Below are positions 30,834-43,416 of a stretch of 64,000 nucleotides of DNA, piece after piece (within the stretch, counting starts at the first letter, position 1; every line of letters begins with the position of its first letter). This DNA comes from Phaeosaccion multiseriatum. Taxonomy: Eukaryota; Protista; Ochrophyta, other classes. The translations under genes and the position numbers were made by a program. The notes beneath the pieces were generated by a model that was not told the DNA's origin, did no database searches, and saw nothing but the letters and a program-made list of their open reading frames with translations. The stretch is taken from contig OZ218960.1 in assembly GCA_965112735.1 (NCBI GenBank), positions 2,666,001-2,730,000 of the forward strand, in the 5' to 3' direction.

Positions 30834-32025
30834 ATGGCCTCCTCTCTCTCGCATCGCCATTTCCACCAGCAGGAGCAGCAGCAGCAGCAGGGGGAGGAGA
30901 AGGCTATTCCCTACTGGCGGCTGGTGAAGGAGTGCCATAATCACCTCAACAGCGCCAGGCGAGCGAAGCAGAACCACCAGCAGCATCAGCAGCGGCCGCC
31001 AGAATCTGATGGAGGATCAGCATGCGAAGCAGCAGCAGATGTAGAAGCATTTCAAGGAGATGTGGGAGCGGGAGCAAGACCTGTGGTAGGCTTGGCAGGC
31101 AGGGTGGTGACCGGCAGCAGCAGCGGCACCTTGTCGAGCCTCAGGCACTCAACCACCATGTGGAGTGAGCCCTTGGCCCTTGGATGCCGAGTAGACGTCC
31201 TTGACAGTGGCGGGCGAGCGTATCGAGTGAATTTGGGCGTCCTTCGCTACCTGGGGGAAGTGAGATTTGCCCCAGGAGAGTGGGCTGGCCTGGAGATGGA
31301 TCAGATGCATGGGCGGAACGACGGCGCCGTTCAGGGCACCCGCTACTTTACGTGCAAGCCTCGCTTCGGCTGCTTCGTCAGGAGTCACCGCTGCAGGCGC
31401 ACGATCCAATGCTTCGACCGTCATTTGGGGCCTCCTCATCCTCCTCCTTCTCGTCACCGTCGTCCCACCACTGCCACATCTTTTGGTGCTTCTCCTCCTG
31501 CTCCTGCTCCTCCTGCTCCTCCTCCTTCTCTTGCATCTCCTCCTCATCATCCTCACCACCCTCATCGTCATCCCCATAATCATCATCATCACCATCCCCC
31601 CCCCCCTCCTCCACCTCATCCTCCCCCTCCCCCTCCTCCTCCTCGCACCCCTGATGCTGGAGTGGTGGCCCTTGAGAGGAGCGATGCCGCGGCTCCTGCC
31701 ATCTCTCCAGCGGCGGTGGTGCGGGCAGCAATGGTGGATGCAAACTCTGCATACCACCGCCACAGCAGCAGTATCACAGCTGACAGTAGCAGAGTCACGT
31801 ATGGCAGAGGACCCCCAATACAGGGGGTAGTAGAGGTAGGCGAAGAGCCGTTGCTAGAAGGAGATGAGACGCACCTAGTGGGAGACTCTGGAACAAAAGG
31901 GGTGGGAGGGAAGGTTGCGCGGCCTGGGGGCTCGGCTTTTACCTCTGGTGCTGAGGAGGAGGAGGAGGAGGAGGAGGAGGAGGAGGAAGAAGAAGAGGCG
32001 AACGTGGAGAAGCAGGAGGAGGAGG

Positions 32026-32083
<58 letters not shown>

Positions 32084-35000
32084 CACGGAGAAGGATGAGA
32101 AGGAGGAGGATAAGGGGCCGCAAGGCGGTGTGAGTGCCACTGTTTCTAGAACGCCGGGCACAGCTGCGCTGCACAAAGAAGAGGACGTATGTGGCCGGGA
32201 GAATGGTGCATCACTTGGCAGTACACACCTCAGCGCAATAATTGGTGATACAGCAGGCGCAGCGGCAGCAGAGGGAAGGGGGTCGTCAGCCTTGCCGGAG
32301 CGGCGCATGTCACCAACCGCTGTATCACCAACTGCTGTATCACGTCCTCCTGCTGTGCAGCCTCGTCGAAGCCTGTCGTACGATGCCGTGGCACGCCGGG
32401 CTCGAGCAGCAGCAGTAGAGCTACAAATGGCGGCAGCTGTGGAGTCACAGATGGCCCCGCAAGTGGACCGTGTGCAAGTACGACGACATGGAAACCATCA
32501 GGACCGCGGCCTGGTTCAGCAAGAGGAGGAGGAGGAGAGGGAGGGGGGGAAGGAGGAGAGTCCGCTGTTGGGTGCAGAAAAAAAAGCAGCAGAAGCACCT
32601 GAAGCAGCAGTAGCAGCAGGAGCAGGAAGAGTGTGCCATACCAAGAGGCGGCACACCCCTCCTCCCCTCACAAATGGCAGCGGTAGGGGCAGTGGGCGAG
32701 GAGGCGGAGAAGGGCGAGGAGGAGGACGAGGGCGAGGAGGAGGAGAAGGAGGAGGAGGGGGTATCTCCTCCTGTCCACCCTCTCCTCCTCCCCATCACAT
32801 CTGCCTGGCGCTATCCTCATTGTCCGCTGTGGACGGTTCGGAGTTTCCGCTTTGTGTATCGTCGTCTCATTCGTCGCCGGGGAGGGCGCCTCACTCTCCC
32901 GTGTACATTGAGGCTTCTGTAACTGCGGCCACGGCAGCAACCTTCGCGGCAGCGGTAGCAGCAGCAGCAGGAGCAGTGGACGACACAGCAGCACAGGCAG
33001 TGGGTGATTCAGCAGCAGCAGTAGTTGGTGATATAGCGCCTATATCGAGGCAGCAAAGGCAACAAGGAAGTCGAGACTCCTCCTCCACCACTCCCCGGTC
33101 CAGGTATGACAAGCCCTGGCACTCGTCTCTGCGCAGCGCTGTATCACCAACTGCTGGTGCTGGTGCTGGTGTTGGTGCTGGGGCGGCCGTGAGCCCTGGC
33201 AGCAGGACTAGCAGTAGCAGGAGCAGCAGCAGCTGGGGCAAGAGTTGGAGCTGCGATAGGAGCGGCAGTTCCAGTTTGACGTCCGCCCCGTCGTCGCCAG
33301 GGCTGTCGGTGGTTTCCGCATCGGGGTGGTCCGGTTCGGCATGTGTGGTGCCTTCTTCGTCCAAAACAGGCCCTCCTCCTCCTCCTCTTGGTGCTTCGCT
33401 GTCTCCTTCGTCTTCTTGTTCTTGTTCTTGTTCTTGCTCTTCGAAAGCAGCGGCATCACCAACTGCTGTATCACCAACTGCTGCAGTGCCAGCGATGCGC
33501 AGCATCCCCACCATCGCAAGGGAAGAGCGGGGATACAAGCAGTTTCAGCAGCAGCAGCGACAGCGCCAGAAGGAGCAGCCGCAGTTAATGATACAGCAGC
33601 AGGAGTTGATGATACAGCAGCAGCGGTTGGTGGCACAGAAGGAAGGTGCAGGGCAGAAGAAACAGCAGCAGCAGCGGCAGCAGCAGGCACCACTGTCTAA
33701 GAAAAGGCAGAGAGTGCGAGAGGGAGAACGAGAGAGAGACCCAAGAGGCGGGCAGGGTTGTTACAAGAGCCAGCCGGGGAGGAGTGGTGCATGGAGCCGG
33801 AGTACTAAAAGCCACTCTCCTCGCCCTGCTGCCCGACCACAGTGGAATGGCGAATTGTTCATCCCGCCTACTGTATCACCAACTCCTGTAGCTGGGGTGG
33901 TTGTGACGTCCGCTCCTCCTTCGTGCCGGGAAGGCCGCAAGCGACCGGACCAAACAGCCGAGGCAGAGAAGAAGGCTCGGCAGCAGGGGGTGCCAGGTAT
34001 ACCTCGGAGAGAAGCATCATCACCGTCGCCTTCTGCTGCTGCTGTATCACCAACTCCTGTAGCTGGAAGAGGAAGAAGCAGAAGCAGAAGCCTGTCGAGG
34101 CAGAGCAATTCGAAGCCTTCCGCAGCAGCGTTGAGAGAGAAGTGGGGCAAGCCGTGGGGGGGCAAGCCCTCCCTCTCCTCCACCCACCTCGTGAATGCTG
34201 CTGTATCACCAACGGCTGGTGAAGGTGATGGCGACGGTGGTGGTGGTGGTGGTGAAGGCCGACCAGAGAAGCACTGTTCCAGCCCCATGGAGGAGGAGGA
34301 GGAGGAGGAGGAGGAGTGGGAGGGGGAGGGGGAGGAGGAGGAGGAGGAGAAGAAGCAGGAGGAGCAGGAGGAGGAGGAGGAGAAGGAGGAGGAGGAAAAT
34401 AGTATGGTGGAGGAAGATGAGGAGGAAGTGAAAGAGGAGGAAGGCACCGACGATGACTGGGACGCAGACTCCCTTGAAGTCTTCATATGTCGACCACCTA
34501 CGGCTTCGCCAATGAGAGAACAATGTCGAGCTTCCGACTGCCAGCAGCATCAGGAGGAGGAGGAGGAGGAGCAGCAGTTGGCGAAAAAGAAGCAAGAGGA
34601 GGGGGAGGAGGAAGAGAATGTGGTGAAGGAGGAGGAGGACGAGGAGCAGCAGCAGCAGCAGCAGCAGTTGGTGATACAGCAGCAACGAGAGCAGCAGCAG
34701 CAGCAGGAAGAAGAGGATCAGGAGGAAGGGGATTTGCCTTCGCCACGAGGGGGAGCCGTTTCGATGGGGAGGGGTAAGGAGCATGACGAGGGAGAGGAGG
34801 CGTGCGAAGGAGCCAATGGTAGCCTCGCCGTGCCCACCTCCAGACCCGCTACTATTCTGTGTGCTACAGCAGTTGGTGATACAGCAGCAGTTGCCGATAC
34901 AGCAGCAGTTCATGATACAACAGCAACAGCAGCAGCAGCAACAGCAGCACTTGATGATAGAGCACCAGTTGGTGACATCGCAGCAGCTGATGACAAAGCA

Positions 35001-35393
35001 GCAGTTGGTGATACAGCAGCAGCAGGGGAAGCACTTCGTGATACACCAGAATCCAAAACGAGTGGTACCAATACCAATGACGCGAGCGACCCCTCACGAC
35101 TGCCCTGGTTGGGGGTGATTTCTGGCGGGGGATTGCCCGTTGTGGGAGGGGGAGGAGGAGGGGAAGGAGGGGGAGAGGGAGGAGGAGGAGGAGAGGGAGG
35201 AGGAGGGCGGGGAGGTGGACGAGGAGAACGACAGGAAGGAGGAGCACAGAGAGGGGAAGAACAAGAAGGCATTCTATCCAGCCCCCTGTCGATCCGACTC
35301 TACCCGTGCAGCGGGGAGGCCTCCTCTCCTCCACCGGTTGATGCTTTGTGCCCCCCGATTGACCCTGAGCAGCAGCAGGAGTTGGTGATACAG

Positions 35394-35425
<32 letters not shown>

Positions 35426-36155
35426 TGAACTGTCGTCTACTTCCCTACTCCTGTGGTCTCCGCGCCCCTCACGCTCGCCTTGCCGCCTCACTGTCAGCGG
35501 GAGGGGGAGGCGGAGAAGTAGGATGGGCCCTACTGAGGCCAAGAGGAGGCACAGCTCCACCAGCCCGGGTAGTGTGGGCATCAACAGCAACGCCGTCTTG
35601 TGGAGCAGGAGGAGGTTCACAGATGGTTTCTGTACAACCAACGCCGCCGCCGCCGCTCATCAATACGCACAGCAGGCGGGAGAGGGAGACGGAGAGGGGG
35701 ACGGAGGTACCAACGGAGGCAACGAAGGCATCAACGGGCGCTACATTAGTGCGCTGCGGAGTCCCAGCGGGCAGCGGCTAATGGACAAGATGGACCGTCT
35801 GGCGCAGTCCATGCAAGAGGTCCAGGGAAGGGTGGAGCGGTGCCGTCAGCACAGCCTCAGTAGACGCACCAGCAGAGTGGGGAGTAGCGTCGGGAGTAGA
35901 AGGGGGAGTGCGATTGGGAGCCCGACCCCGAGTGAGGCGGGCAGCAGTTTCGGAGGCAGCAGCAGCAGTTGTCTTGTGAACGAGATTGGGTGGGGATGCC
36001 TTCTGAATGCTCCCGCCCCTCGTCCCCGGGAAGGAGGAGGAGGAGGAGGAGGAGAGTGGAGAGGCTATGTGGCGGCTGTCCACCCTTTGCCTTTGCGTTC
36101 GTCCATCAGGGTAGCAGCAGCAGTTGATGATACAGCAGCAGCAGGAGTTGGTGAC

Positions 36156-36195
<40 letters not shown>

Positions 36196-36833
36196 GAGGA
36201 GGAGGAAGAGGAGGACAACAAGAAGAAGAGGAGGGCATGTATATGCCAAGGCCAGCAGTGGAGTCACAGATGCCAGCAGTGGATTCACAGATCTCCACCC
36301 ATAGAGGAGGGCAGCCGCGTCAGAGGCAGGAGCAGCAGCAGGAGGATTTGGTGATACAGCAGCAGCTGCTTTCTAGAGTTGGAGCTCGACCTCAGAGCCG
36401 TACGAGGAGGCCTCTCCATGGGGGCCATGAAACTGCCACCGGTGAGCCCAGCCCGACGACAACCTTGCGCAGGGTAGCCAAGTCGCTGGTGGTGCTCGCG
36501 CCTCGATGTGAGGGTGTTGGTGCTTCGATTGGGTCGGCGGCTGTCACAAAAACCATCGTTGGTGTTGGTGCTTCTGACCCTGCTTCTACTTCTACTTCTG
36601 CCTCTGCTTCTGCAGTGTCGATGACCGGAGGAGTAAAATTGGGAGGCACGCGTGACGCACCACCAGCCGTGACAGACACAGACACAATTCCACTCAGAAG
36701 GAGAAGGCGGAGGAGGAGCAATAGTAGTAGCAGCAGCGGCTCGGACCTGCACTCTCGTCCGTCGTCTATATCATCTGTGTCTGATGGCACGGCACTCTCC
36801 CATGGGGCATCAGCAAGCTCACTCACTGCGTGA
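30834..36833 (+). CDS. About 2000-aa CAP-Gly domain protein, otherwise low-complexity/disordered
   Basis: Uninterrupted 6-kb ORF. CAP-Gly motif GVLRYLGEVRFAPGEWAGLEMDQMHGRNDGAVQGTRYFTCKPRFGCFVR (GKNDG-like). First ATG at 30834. Confidence 0.8.
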
Positions 36834-37463
36834 ACTGCACGTCTGTCACACCTATAAGAGAGGCCTATACCACCCACACCTCCTGCCGTTTGCTGCTTCG
36901 TGTTGTGTGGGGATGCCATTGTGATCTGTCCCGCCGGTGGGCACGCGAACCGCACGTCAGGAGCTCGGGCTCCTCCTTCAGAGCCTGGTGTGTAAGGACA
37001 GGGCCGCCAGCAGGCTTGCTCTCGGGTTAATCTTTAGAGCACTTGTCTAGCTAGTCTGATTAACTATTTACAATCACTGGCGTCTGCCAGGAATACACAT
37101 CTTCGAACGGAGTGAAGCACCAAAGGGCCGGCCTCGCTCGGACTACGAAGTTTACATGCCGCTTGTTGACTATTTTTCTCCACCTACCTCGGGGTTCCTG
37201 TGCTCTCCGACTCCATCACTCTTCGCCTCTCGCGTTCTCTCCCCGAGGCCCACAGGAGCCCCACACTCGCACTTCAAAACTCGAGGGGGTGTCGCTCTTG
37301 ACTGGTGAGCTCGCACAGAGGTATTATACACACCCACACGCACAGAATGGAGGCGTGAGGGGTATAGGAAGTTTCATTGAAAGGTTCGTTTGGTCGTGTA
37401 TTGATAGATATAGTCATGGATAGAGAGCTAGCGAAAGCCAGCGCCAAATGCGCGGCCTAAGCT

Positions 37464-38722
37464 CTAGTGGGACGAGCCAGAGGAGGAGCTGCTGCTGCCG
37501 CTGCTGCCGGAGGACGAGGACGAGGAGGAGCCGTAGCTACCACTGAGGTGATACGCCACCGTCTGGCCGCAGATGGAGTAGTAGAAGTGGCAGTACATGT
37601 TCTCCTTCTCGGGCCACTTGGGCTCCCAGTAGCGGTAGAAGGGGCTGCTGCCGCTGGACGAGCCGGACGACGAGCCGCTGCCAGAAGACGAGCCATGGCC
37701 AGAGAAGGAGCCTGAACCGGAGCCCGAGGAGAAGGATGACCCGGAGGAGTCGCCGGAGGAGGAGGAGGTGGTGAGCTTGCGGGCGGGGCAAGGAGGGCAC
37801 TCGCCCGTCTCGCGGTGGAAGGCCTCGCCCTCTTCGGTCAGCAGGTGGCGCCCGGGGCTGTCCTCCTCGGGGAAGCACTCCGTGCCGCACAGCTCGCGGT
37901 TATGGTCGCCGCTGGAGGACGAAGACGAGGAGGAAGAGCCGCCGCTGGAGGACGAGCCGGAGGATGACCTTCCGTAGGGGCCCTTTGAGAATGTCCAGGG
38001 GTGGTAGTAGGGGTGGTAGTAGTCCATGCAGTAGTCCTTGTAGTAGGGCAAGTAGCTGTGGCAGTAGTCCATGCCGTACATGGGGAAGTCCTTCTGCTTG
38101 CAGTAATGCTGGCGAGCGAGCAAGCGGGGGAGGGGGGTCGCAGAAGGGGTCGCTGAGTCAATGCAGTCTGGATGCTCTGTCTCTAACACTCGCTCGCTCA
38201 CTCATGCTCACTCACTCACTCACCGTGCAAGTGTGGTCCGGGTCTTCAAACACGTACTCCTCGTGCCACTTGGGCTCCTTGAAAAGTCGAGCCATGGGAC
38301 AGGTGAGGAACTAGTTAGTACTTTGTGAGCGAAGTGATTGATCAACGTTGCTGGAGAAGGCCAAACTCTTCCGTGCTCTCGCTTACCGGGACTTTGTAGA
38401 GCCACTTGCCATGGTCATCCTTGATCCAGCGGGGGTGGAGCTTGATATCGTCATAGTCCAGGTGCTTGCCGCCGTGGACGGGGTAGATGCCTCCATGCGA
38501 TCCCGAGGAGGAGCCCGAGGATGAGGACGATGAGCCGCCCCTGCTCCCGGAGGAGCCGCCGAAGCCCTTCGGGAAGTACGCGGGGTAGCTCCCGCTGCCG
38601 GAGGAGCCGCTGCTGCTCTTGCTGCTACTCCCGGCGAGCTCACGGTCATCCGCCTGCTCGAGGGAGAGGCCTGGGGCGGCGAGGCATGACGCCAGGAGGA
38701 GGGTAGCGAGGAAAGCGCGCAT
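37464..38722 (-). CDS. Secreted Ser/Gly-rich protein with Tyr/His/Cys-rich modules and repeated RXL motifs
   Basis: Exons 38722-38387, 38277-38224 and 38108-37464 join in phase 0 with canonical GT-AG. Signal peptide MRAFLATLLLASCLAAPGLS. Codon usage is GC3-rich. Confidence 0.8.
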
Positions 38723-39207
38723 GATGATCGACTCGGATGCGAAGTGCTGTGTGGGAATGGTTGTGAAGCCTGAGCAAGCTCCCTCCCCGCTAACAGCATG
38801 GAAGCTTTTAATGCGAGTTAGCATTCTCGCGCCAAGAACAGAGCCCAACTGCCAAGGGCAACAGGGGCCAGGAAATTCAAACTCACGTTTGCGTATGCCG
38901 AGCTGAGAAGGAAGCCTGAGGGGCACACGAGCAGGCCATCCTGCTGCTTTGTTTGTATGCCGCTTGTGTGCTGCTGCTGATCTCGGAGTATGCGGAGAGC
39001 AGAGCGCAAAGAAATAAGGCTCATTTCAACTCGTTCTCTATTGTCGCTCTCCTTGAAGCATGCCCCTGAATGCTCCCATACGACCACCCGCCCCACCTCT
39101 TCCATTTGTAGATAAGCGAAGGTGTCTTCGATCCCTGTACCACCTAACCACTGCCCCTCACCTCCCCACTCCCCCACTCCCCCCTCCCCCCTCGCATCAC
39201 CACCGCC

Positions 39208-41649
39208 CTAGCCACTGTGTGGTGCCGGCCAGCCCGGCTGCCCAGGCTCTGTGTCGTGGCGTCGCCTCGTCTCTCCCCCATGCCAAGGCTCAAGCGAAGA
39301 CCCAACAGACGACCCCACCGACCCATCACTCTCGCACGCCGCCTCCTCCTCATCCTCAAGCGTGGCGTGACTCCCCAGTGCAAGCCCCTGGGGTTCCGAT
39401 CGGCGTCCGCCCCGACTACCGCCAAGGCAAGTAGGACCTCCCTCTCGCCCCTCTGCAGAGATGGTAGAGGCCCGGCCGAGCTTCGGCAAGCCCGGAGGAC
39501 TTTCCGTAGTGTCTCGCCCCCCCCCTGGGTCTACGCCGCTCCGACCTCGCGACAGGAGATATGAAGCGGGGGTCTGTCGCTGCTGATGCTGCTTCTGTTC
39601 CTGCTGCTGTACCACCAGTGGCTCCCGTCCCTGCTGCGACGTACTCTCCTCCTCCCACATGCCGAGCATCTCCCACATCGCAGCCGCAGCAGCAACTGCC
39701 GGAGCAGTAGGTGATGACCCAGCAACAGGAGCAGCGGCAGCAGTGTCAGCCGTTGCTGCTGGGGAAACACAACGGTTCAAACACGCCGACTCGCAGCCAG
39801 AAAAGCCCAAGGGGGAAGTGACATCGAGTCGCGATAGCAGACCAGTGGCGCTGCTTGGCCCTTCGTCCTCCTGAAGCTGCTCCGAAGACCGCTGCTGTCG
39901 CCCCCCACCGCCCCTTCGCATTGTCCACCCAGGCGCTTCGTCTTCCCCGTCGCCGTGGCTGTCGTCGTCTTGGTGGTGGCCTTCTTGGTGCGGAGAGACG
40001 CGACCGCAGGACCATTCGGATGAGGTGGAAAGGTCGTCACAGGAAGCATTAGGAGAGAGCGCGAAGGCGAACAAGCGCTGCAGGTGGTGCTGCTCCTCCT
40101 GCTCACACAGAGTGTCCTCCCCATCCGATGTAGCACATGGCCCCGAGTGAACCACGGGCGGCCAATGCGTGGAGGGGTGCGGAGGGGTGACAGTATGCGG
40201 GGGCAAAACACATGTCTCTCGTGCTCTGCCCCACCGCAAGTAGAGCCTTGTGCGGACCCCGTCACCCCCCCTGGGACGACGACGAAAACGACGACGACGA
40301 AGACGACGAGGAAGACGACGAGGAAGAGGAAGGGAAGGGGGGACCCATGGCGCGGCGGCCGCCGTCGGAACACTCGAGGGACTCCCCCCGGGCCCGACAC
40401 CAGGCACTGCAGCCAATGAGGGCGAGAGCGAGGCGAAGAAGGAGGGCGAAGACTCTGATGCCTCTGAGAGTCCCTTGGCCTCCTCAATGGTTTGTAGCGT
40501 GGGAAGCTCCACCTCCTGAAGCTGCCTCGCCACTTGGCAGGCCAAAGCCGCCCTCTGTAGGGACGCCTCCGCTTCTCTGAGCAAGTCCGCATCATCCAGC
40601 GAGGACGGTGCCGCGCGGCGTGTCGAGAAAGAGCAGGAGGAGGAGCTGCAGGCAGAGCGCGCCATCACCGCAAATCTCGCAAAGGGTGCAGAGAAAGTAT
40701 TCGCCCACAGCGGCCGCGGAGGTGGTGGTGGCAGCCGTGCCGACGTTGACGCAACTGGGGAGGGTGAAGAAGATGGAGGAGGGGGGATCCGGGGTCGAGG
40801 AGAGGCTCTGATTGTGAGCCTCAGAATAGGATTTGACTCCATGGAGGCGCTGGAGTCAGAGCGGGACCGATGTATCGCGACCCTGTTCTCGTGGTGGTGG
40901 TGCATCGGGCCGCCGCGCCAGAGCGATCGGGGCGATGGGCTTGTTGGTGCTCCGGCTCCTCGCTCCGCCATCTTGGCCGCGTTTCTTCGAGCACTCGCCG
41001 CCGCTTCTTCCCCTCTTTGAACGGCTGCCATTACAGCCCTGCTCGTGGGCGAAGAGCCGCCTGTGGAGTATGCACCACACCCCAGGGGCTGAGTCTGACC
41101 CCCGGGCGGCGCTCCACCAGATCGTACGGGCCTTGCTGGATCACGTGTTCGTGTTGGTCGTACGGCCGCCGCTACGGTCACAGCTGCTGCTACTGCGGCT
41201 GCTCTCGCTGCTCTCGCTGCTGCTGCTGCACTTGCGGCTGTTGCTGCTGCTGCGGCGGCGGCTGATGATGATGATGCTGCTGCTGCTGCGGTTTCAGGTG
41301 GTGGAGTTCGACACGACGACCTTCGAACCTGCACTGTCTGCATCGGTTGTCGCAGCCTACCAGTGAGTCTGTGAAAGAACGGAGGACGGGGGGCGCCGAC
41401 CGGCGGGCAGGCTCCCTCCACGGTGGGAGGGCCATCGTAAGACGGGCCGAGCGTCGCGGGACCTCGCCTCCTCCTTGTTGTTGTCGTCTCCCGACTCCGA
41501 AGCAGCGAAGAAGGCTGCGACAGCACACTCCTCTCTGTAAATGCTGCCAATCCACGACAAGGCCCAGGGCGGCAGAGCGAGAGATAGAGAGGATGAGCTG
41601 GTAGTGGTGGTTGGCGACGAAGCGGTGGAAGCGAGAGAGGAGAAGGCAT
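39208..41649 (-). CDS. Hypothetical low-complexity protein (start and end uncertain)
   Basis: 813-codon open frame; no recognisable domain. Confidence 0.4.
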   Translation of the reverse strand: MPSPLSLPPLRRQPPLPAHPLYLSLCRPGPCRGLAAFTERSVLSQPSSLLRSRETTTTRRRRGPATLGPSYDGPPTVEGACPPVGAPRPPFFHRLTGRLRQPMQTVQVRRSSCRTPPPETAAAAASSSSAAAAAAATAASAAAAARAARAAAVAAAVTVAAAVRPTRTRDPARPVRSGGAPPGGQTQPLGCGAYSTGGSSPTSRAVMAAVQRGEEAAASARRNAAKMAERGAGAPTSPSPRSLWRGGPMHHHHENRVAIHRSRSDSSASMESNPILRLTIRASPRPRIPPPPSSSPSPVASTSARLPPPPPRPLWANTFSAPFARFAVMARSACSSSSCSFSTRRAAPSSLDDADLLREAEASLQRAALACQVARQLQEVELPTLQTIEEAKGLSEASESSPSFFASLSPSLAAVPGVGPGGSPSSVPTAAAAPWVPPSLPLPRRLPRRLRRRRFRRRPRGGDGVRTRLYLRWGRARETCVLPPHTVTPPHPSTHWPPVVHSGPCATSDGEDTLCEQEEQHHLQRLFAFALSPNASCDDLSTSSEWSCGRVSPHQEGHHQDDDSHGDGEDEAPGWTMRRGGGGRQQRSSEQLQEDEGPSSATGLLSRLDVTSPLGFSGCESACLNRCVSPAATADTAAAAPVAGSSPTAPAVAAAAAMWEMLGMWEEESTSQQGREPLVVQQQEQKQHQQRQTPASYLLSRGRSGVDPGGGRDTTESPPGLPKLGRASTISAEGREGGPTCLGGSRGGRRSEPQGLALGSHATLEDEEEAACESDGSVGSSVGSSLEPWHGGETRRRHDTEPGQPGWPAPHSG

Positions 41650-41828
41650 ACGCTCGCGCAGTCATGCGGAACAGTGAGCAAGGTTTGACGCTAGCTCGAC
41701 TCGATCTGAGTCTGAGGAAGCCGGGTGGGCTTGCTGGCCCGACCATGCGGCCGCCGCCCCTCGATTCGTGTCTCATCAGCAGTCAGTGCATGAAGGGTAC
41801 TGTGCTGACTCTTCTCCTCTACTCTTCA

Positions 41829-42530
41829 CTACCACACACACGCACCTCGCAGCATTCTTTCTATACCTCGATGGCCCATCTGGATAGCTGTGCTCAAGCT
41901 GTTGCTCCCGCTCGTGTCCTTGGCGAACATGTCCGCCCCCCTGCACAGCAGCATGTGCACCGTTCGCCTGGCCTCGTTCCGCACCGCTCGGAGTAAAGGC
42001 GTATGTCCCTCGCCTGCGCTCCGCTGCTCCAGGTCAGCCCCCTCTTCGAGCAGCATGGACGTCCAGGGCAAGCGCCTATCGTCACTCGCCGCCCAGTGGA
42101 GAGCGGAGAGCTTCCCGCCAAAGCAGAGGTTGCTCAGCACCACGCTGGACCCCTGCGATGGGTGCGCCTTGCTGTGGAGAAGGAGGTGCACCATGTCGGT
42201 ATCGCCCCTCTCAAGTGCCCATGCCAAAGGCGCGTTGTGCCGCACTCCGTCTGGGATGGTCAGGTCCGCCCTCCACTGTAGCAAGAGCCTCGCGACTTCC
42301 AGATGGCCGGCTTTCACCGCGCCGAGGAGAGGGGTTTGACCGAGGGCAGGGCTGGTGTCCACATGAGCTCCGCACTTGAGAAGACCGGCAGCCAGCCATA
42401 TCTGCTCTCTCTCGCAAGCCCAATCGAGAGCGTCAGTCCCTGCCCCTGCTGCTACGAGGGCACGCAGCTTCTCCAGCTGCGGAGGTTCGATATTACTCCC
42501 CTGCCAGGCGTCCCCTTGGCACAATTGCAT
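41829..42530 (-). CDS. Ankyrin-repeat protein (5' end uncertain)
   Basis: Ankyrin repeats GQTPLLGAVKAGHLEVARLLLQWRAD, APLAWALERGDTDMVHLLL, LSALHWAA, GHTPLLRAVRNEARRTVHMLLCRGAD. Confidence 0.8.
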   Translation of the reverse strand: MQLCQGDAWQGSNIEPPQLEKLRALVAAGAGTDALDWACEREQIWLAAGLLKCGAHVDTSPALGQTPLLGAVKAGHLEVARLLLQWRADLTIPDGVRHNAPLAWALERGDTDMVHLLLHSKAHPSQGSSVVLSNLCFGGKLSALHWAASDDRRLPWTSMLLEEGADLEQRSAGEGHTPLLRAVRNEARRTVHMLLCRGADMFAKDTSGSNSLSTAIQMGHRGIERMLRGACVW

Positions 42531-43416
42531 CAGCTGCTCGTGCAGCCCCCCTGCTTCATAGCCGAGGCAGCAGCAGAAGCGATGAGCCAGGCACGAAGGC
42601 GCAAGTCAAGCGAGGCGAGGGGAGGGAGGGAGGAGAAGTGGAGCGATGTCCTTGTTGCGGGATAGCGTCGAACCTTCCTCAAGCAAAAGAAGCAAAGAGA
42701 GGGAGAGGGGGGACGGAAAGCAGTACCGAGTCTTCGCTCACTTACGAGGGCTGTAGGTCCCTCCTCCCGGCTCCTCCCGCCGTTTCTGATGACTCATCTC
42801 TCCCCCTTCTCTTCGCTTCTCGCTTTCCAGCCGTCGGGGGTGGACATCCTCAGAAGCTGAGACTAAAACTCGAGGGTTGGATTTGCTTTTGCTGCGCACG
42901 GAAGAAGACGAGGGGTCGGGAGAATGAAGAGGGAGGTTGAAGAGAGTGCAAGTCCATGCTCCTGTTTACCTCACTCAGCCCCACATCGCTGGCCTTTGCT
43001 ACTCGTGGCTCCACCGGCCCTCCTCGACCCGCCCCGACTCCGCCTCCGTCTCCTTGACACAGGCAGCGAGATTCTTTAAAAGGGGGTGACGGCTCCGCCT
43101 CTTCGACGCGCTCGGACTCTGCCTCGCTCTCCGAGACACCTGCAGCGAGCGGGCTGCCTCTCCCACGCACCATTGTCTCTCCCATGGGTTGTCTCGAAGC
43201 TTTCCCTCGCCTCTCTTCGAAGCCTGCTGGGCCAGCAGCTACCACGCTACATCGCCACTGGCCAGGTGCCTAACCTCTCTTCTTTGCATCTTACTCACAA
43301 CGTCTGCAGCAAATGGGGAGAAAGCCTCTCTAGCGGGTACGGATCACCCGGAGGCCTCTGGAAAAGCTGAGGCCTTCGTTTTGTCGGTGGTGTCCGTTGT
43401 GTCTTCTGTCGGGAGC

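Noticed and set aside
33138-33153. Similarity of TATCACC in the dispersed word to the phage lambda operator half-site
   Set aside because: A 7-bp coincidence with no paired half-sites or phage context.
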